From positions 1 to 51,715 of the forward strand of contig JBGSVZ010000080.1 in assembly GCA_041752695.1 (NCBI GenBank): DNA of 51,715 bases, in the 5' to 3' direction. A program made the position numbers and the translations under genes. This stretch comes from Terrimicrobiaceae bacterium (GTDB lineage: Bacteria; Verrucomicrobiota; Verrucomicrobiia; Chthoniobacterales; Terrimicrobiaceae). Below the pieces are notes generated by a model that worked only from the letters and a program-made list of their open reading frames with translations, was not told the origin of the DNA and ran no database searches. Position 1 is the stretch's first letter. Every line of letters starts with the position of its first letter. Positions 50,733 through 51,715 of this stretch are shown piece after piece.

Positions 50733-51574
50733 TCAGCTCTCCTCGAAATAATCCGAGTCGATGCGTTTGAGTTCATAAGTCTCCGCAGTGGAGACACCCA
50801 CACCGAAATCGATCATCAGTGCCGCGAGACGCGGACCGTCAATGAGACTGATTTTCTTTGTCACCTTTCCCGCGTAAATGCGCGCAGCTTCGCTGAAAGT
50901 GCTGGTGGTGATGAAGACGCCCTTCTGCGCGCGATGGGCATCTAGAGCGCCGAAGAAATCGCGAAGTTCAGGCTCGCCCACGGAATGTTTCCACCGCTTG
51001 GCTTGAATATAAATGGAGTCCAGCCCCAGGCTGTCCGCATCGATCACGCCGTCGATTCCTCCGTCGCCACCGAGCCGGGTTGCCCGATCGGTCTCCGCCC
51101 GGGAGCGTCCAAAGCCCATCGCGACCAGCAGATCGATGACCAACCTCTCGAAGAACTCCGGCGAACGGGAAATGACCAAAGGCAATATCTCCGCCGCGAG
51201 ATTGGCCCGTAGCTTCCCGTAGGCGGATGCAATGAGCTCTTCGGGTGAGGAGGTCTCTTCTTCCTCCGTGGCTGCCGTGGCGGATTCCCCGACCGGCATG
51301 CCTTTCTTCACGGCTTGCTGCCATTCCTGATAGGCAGGGAACTTCTTCAGTACGCCCTGCGTGAGGCTGGTCGGCTTGGTGGCGAAAAACTTTTTGCCCG
51401 CATCCGTGATCCGCAAGACGCCAAAGATCCCTTCTTCGAGCAGGCCAGCCTTCCGCAAATGAAAGGCCGCCCACCCCGTGCGGTGACGCATTACGGAATA
51501 CCCCGAGCTGGGAACCGTGAGCGCACGTTCCTCCGGGGTAAGACCGAATCGATCCGCCAGCGCATTGGCGGCTT
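50733..51574 (-). pseudogene. mrr: Mrr type IV restriction endonuclease, 5' end separated by an IS3 insertion
   Basis: ALADRFGLTPEER..R.GWA..L.KAGL (Mrr_N), SPEFFERLVIDLL, DGGIDG, IYIQAKRW (Mrr_cat); similarity stops at the IS terminal repeat. Confidence 0.85.
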
Positions 51575-51715
51575 TGAAGTGCCCCCGGATTTTGATCCAG
51601 TTGCTATGAGAGATTTGGTTGTTGGTTTGGGTTGGTTGCGATGTTTTGCGTAGTGGAGGGCGTAGCCCGTAACGAAGCAAAACATCGCCGCGCGAACTCC
51701 GCCGGGGTTTGTTCT
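51575..51715 (-). mobile_element. Right end of an IS3-family insertion sequence
   Basis: Terminal repeat TGAAGTGCCCCCGGATTTTGATCCA (plus strand; TG...GCCCCC pattern of IS3-family ends) just beyond a transposase C-terminus. Confidence 0.85.
51604..51714 (-). CDS. IS3-family transposase OrfB, C-terminal fragment
   Basis: Translates EQTPAEFARRCFASLRATPSTTQNIATNPNQQPNLS*; TPAEFA is the usual tail after the IS3 integrase core. Not in the ORF track. Confidence 0.82.
   Translation of the reverse strand, partial: EQTPAEFARRCFASLRATPSTTQNIATNPNQQPNLS

Overview
GC-rich bacterial chromosomal segment, most likely Verrucomicrobiota (inferred from a PEP-CTERM protein, an H-X9-DG pseudopilin, tandem PilB/GspE ATPases and a C-terminal 'FYRL'-tail protein). 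Both edges end in insertion sequences missing from the ORF track: the left end and start of an IS5-family transposase (1-137), and the end of an IS3-family element (51575-51715) that interrupts an mrr gene. Core genes are lpxK, thrB, tRNA-Ser(GCT), adk, an LptF/G permease and a rearranged rplK / rplA-rplJ-rplL-rpoB-rpoC-rpsB-tsf cluster, with a secreted alpha/beta hydrolase between rplK and rplA. Sulfur genes are an SsuABC/TauABC-like transporter, a rhodanese plus SufE pair and cysI-cysH-cysD-(four-helix-bundle)-cysN. The most interesting candidates are: (1) a six-gene putative copper-acquisition operon (CxxC DUF2946-like leader ORF, His-N-terminal PEP-CTERM protein, pseudopilin, His-rich surface protein, PCuAC, SCO) with no TonB-dependent receptor; (2) inverted heptamer-repeat arrays in five intergenic spacers, one 'filled' with an Avd-like four-helix-bundle gene; (3) inverted 60-bp REP doublets bracketing the SCO gene; (4) a structured cys-operon leader with an Rrf2-like operator and a possibly leaderless Cys-containing uORF. 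All calls come from reading the sequence and recalling motifs; no searches were run.
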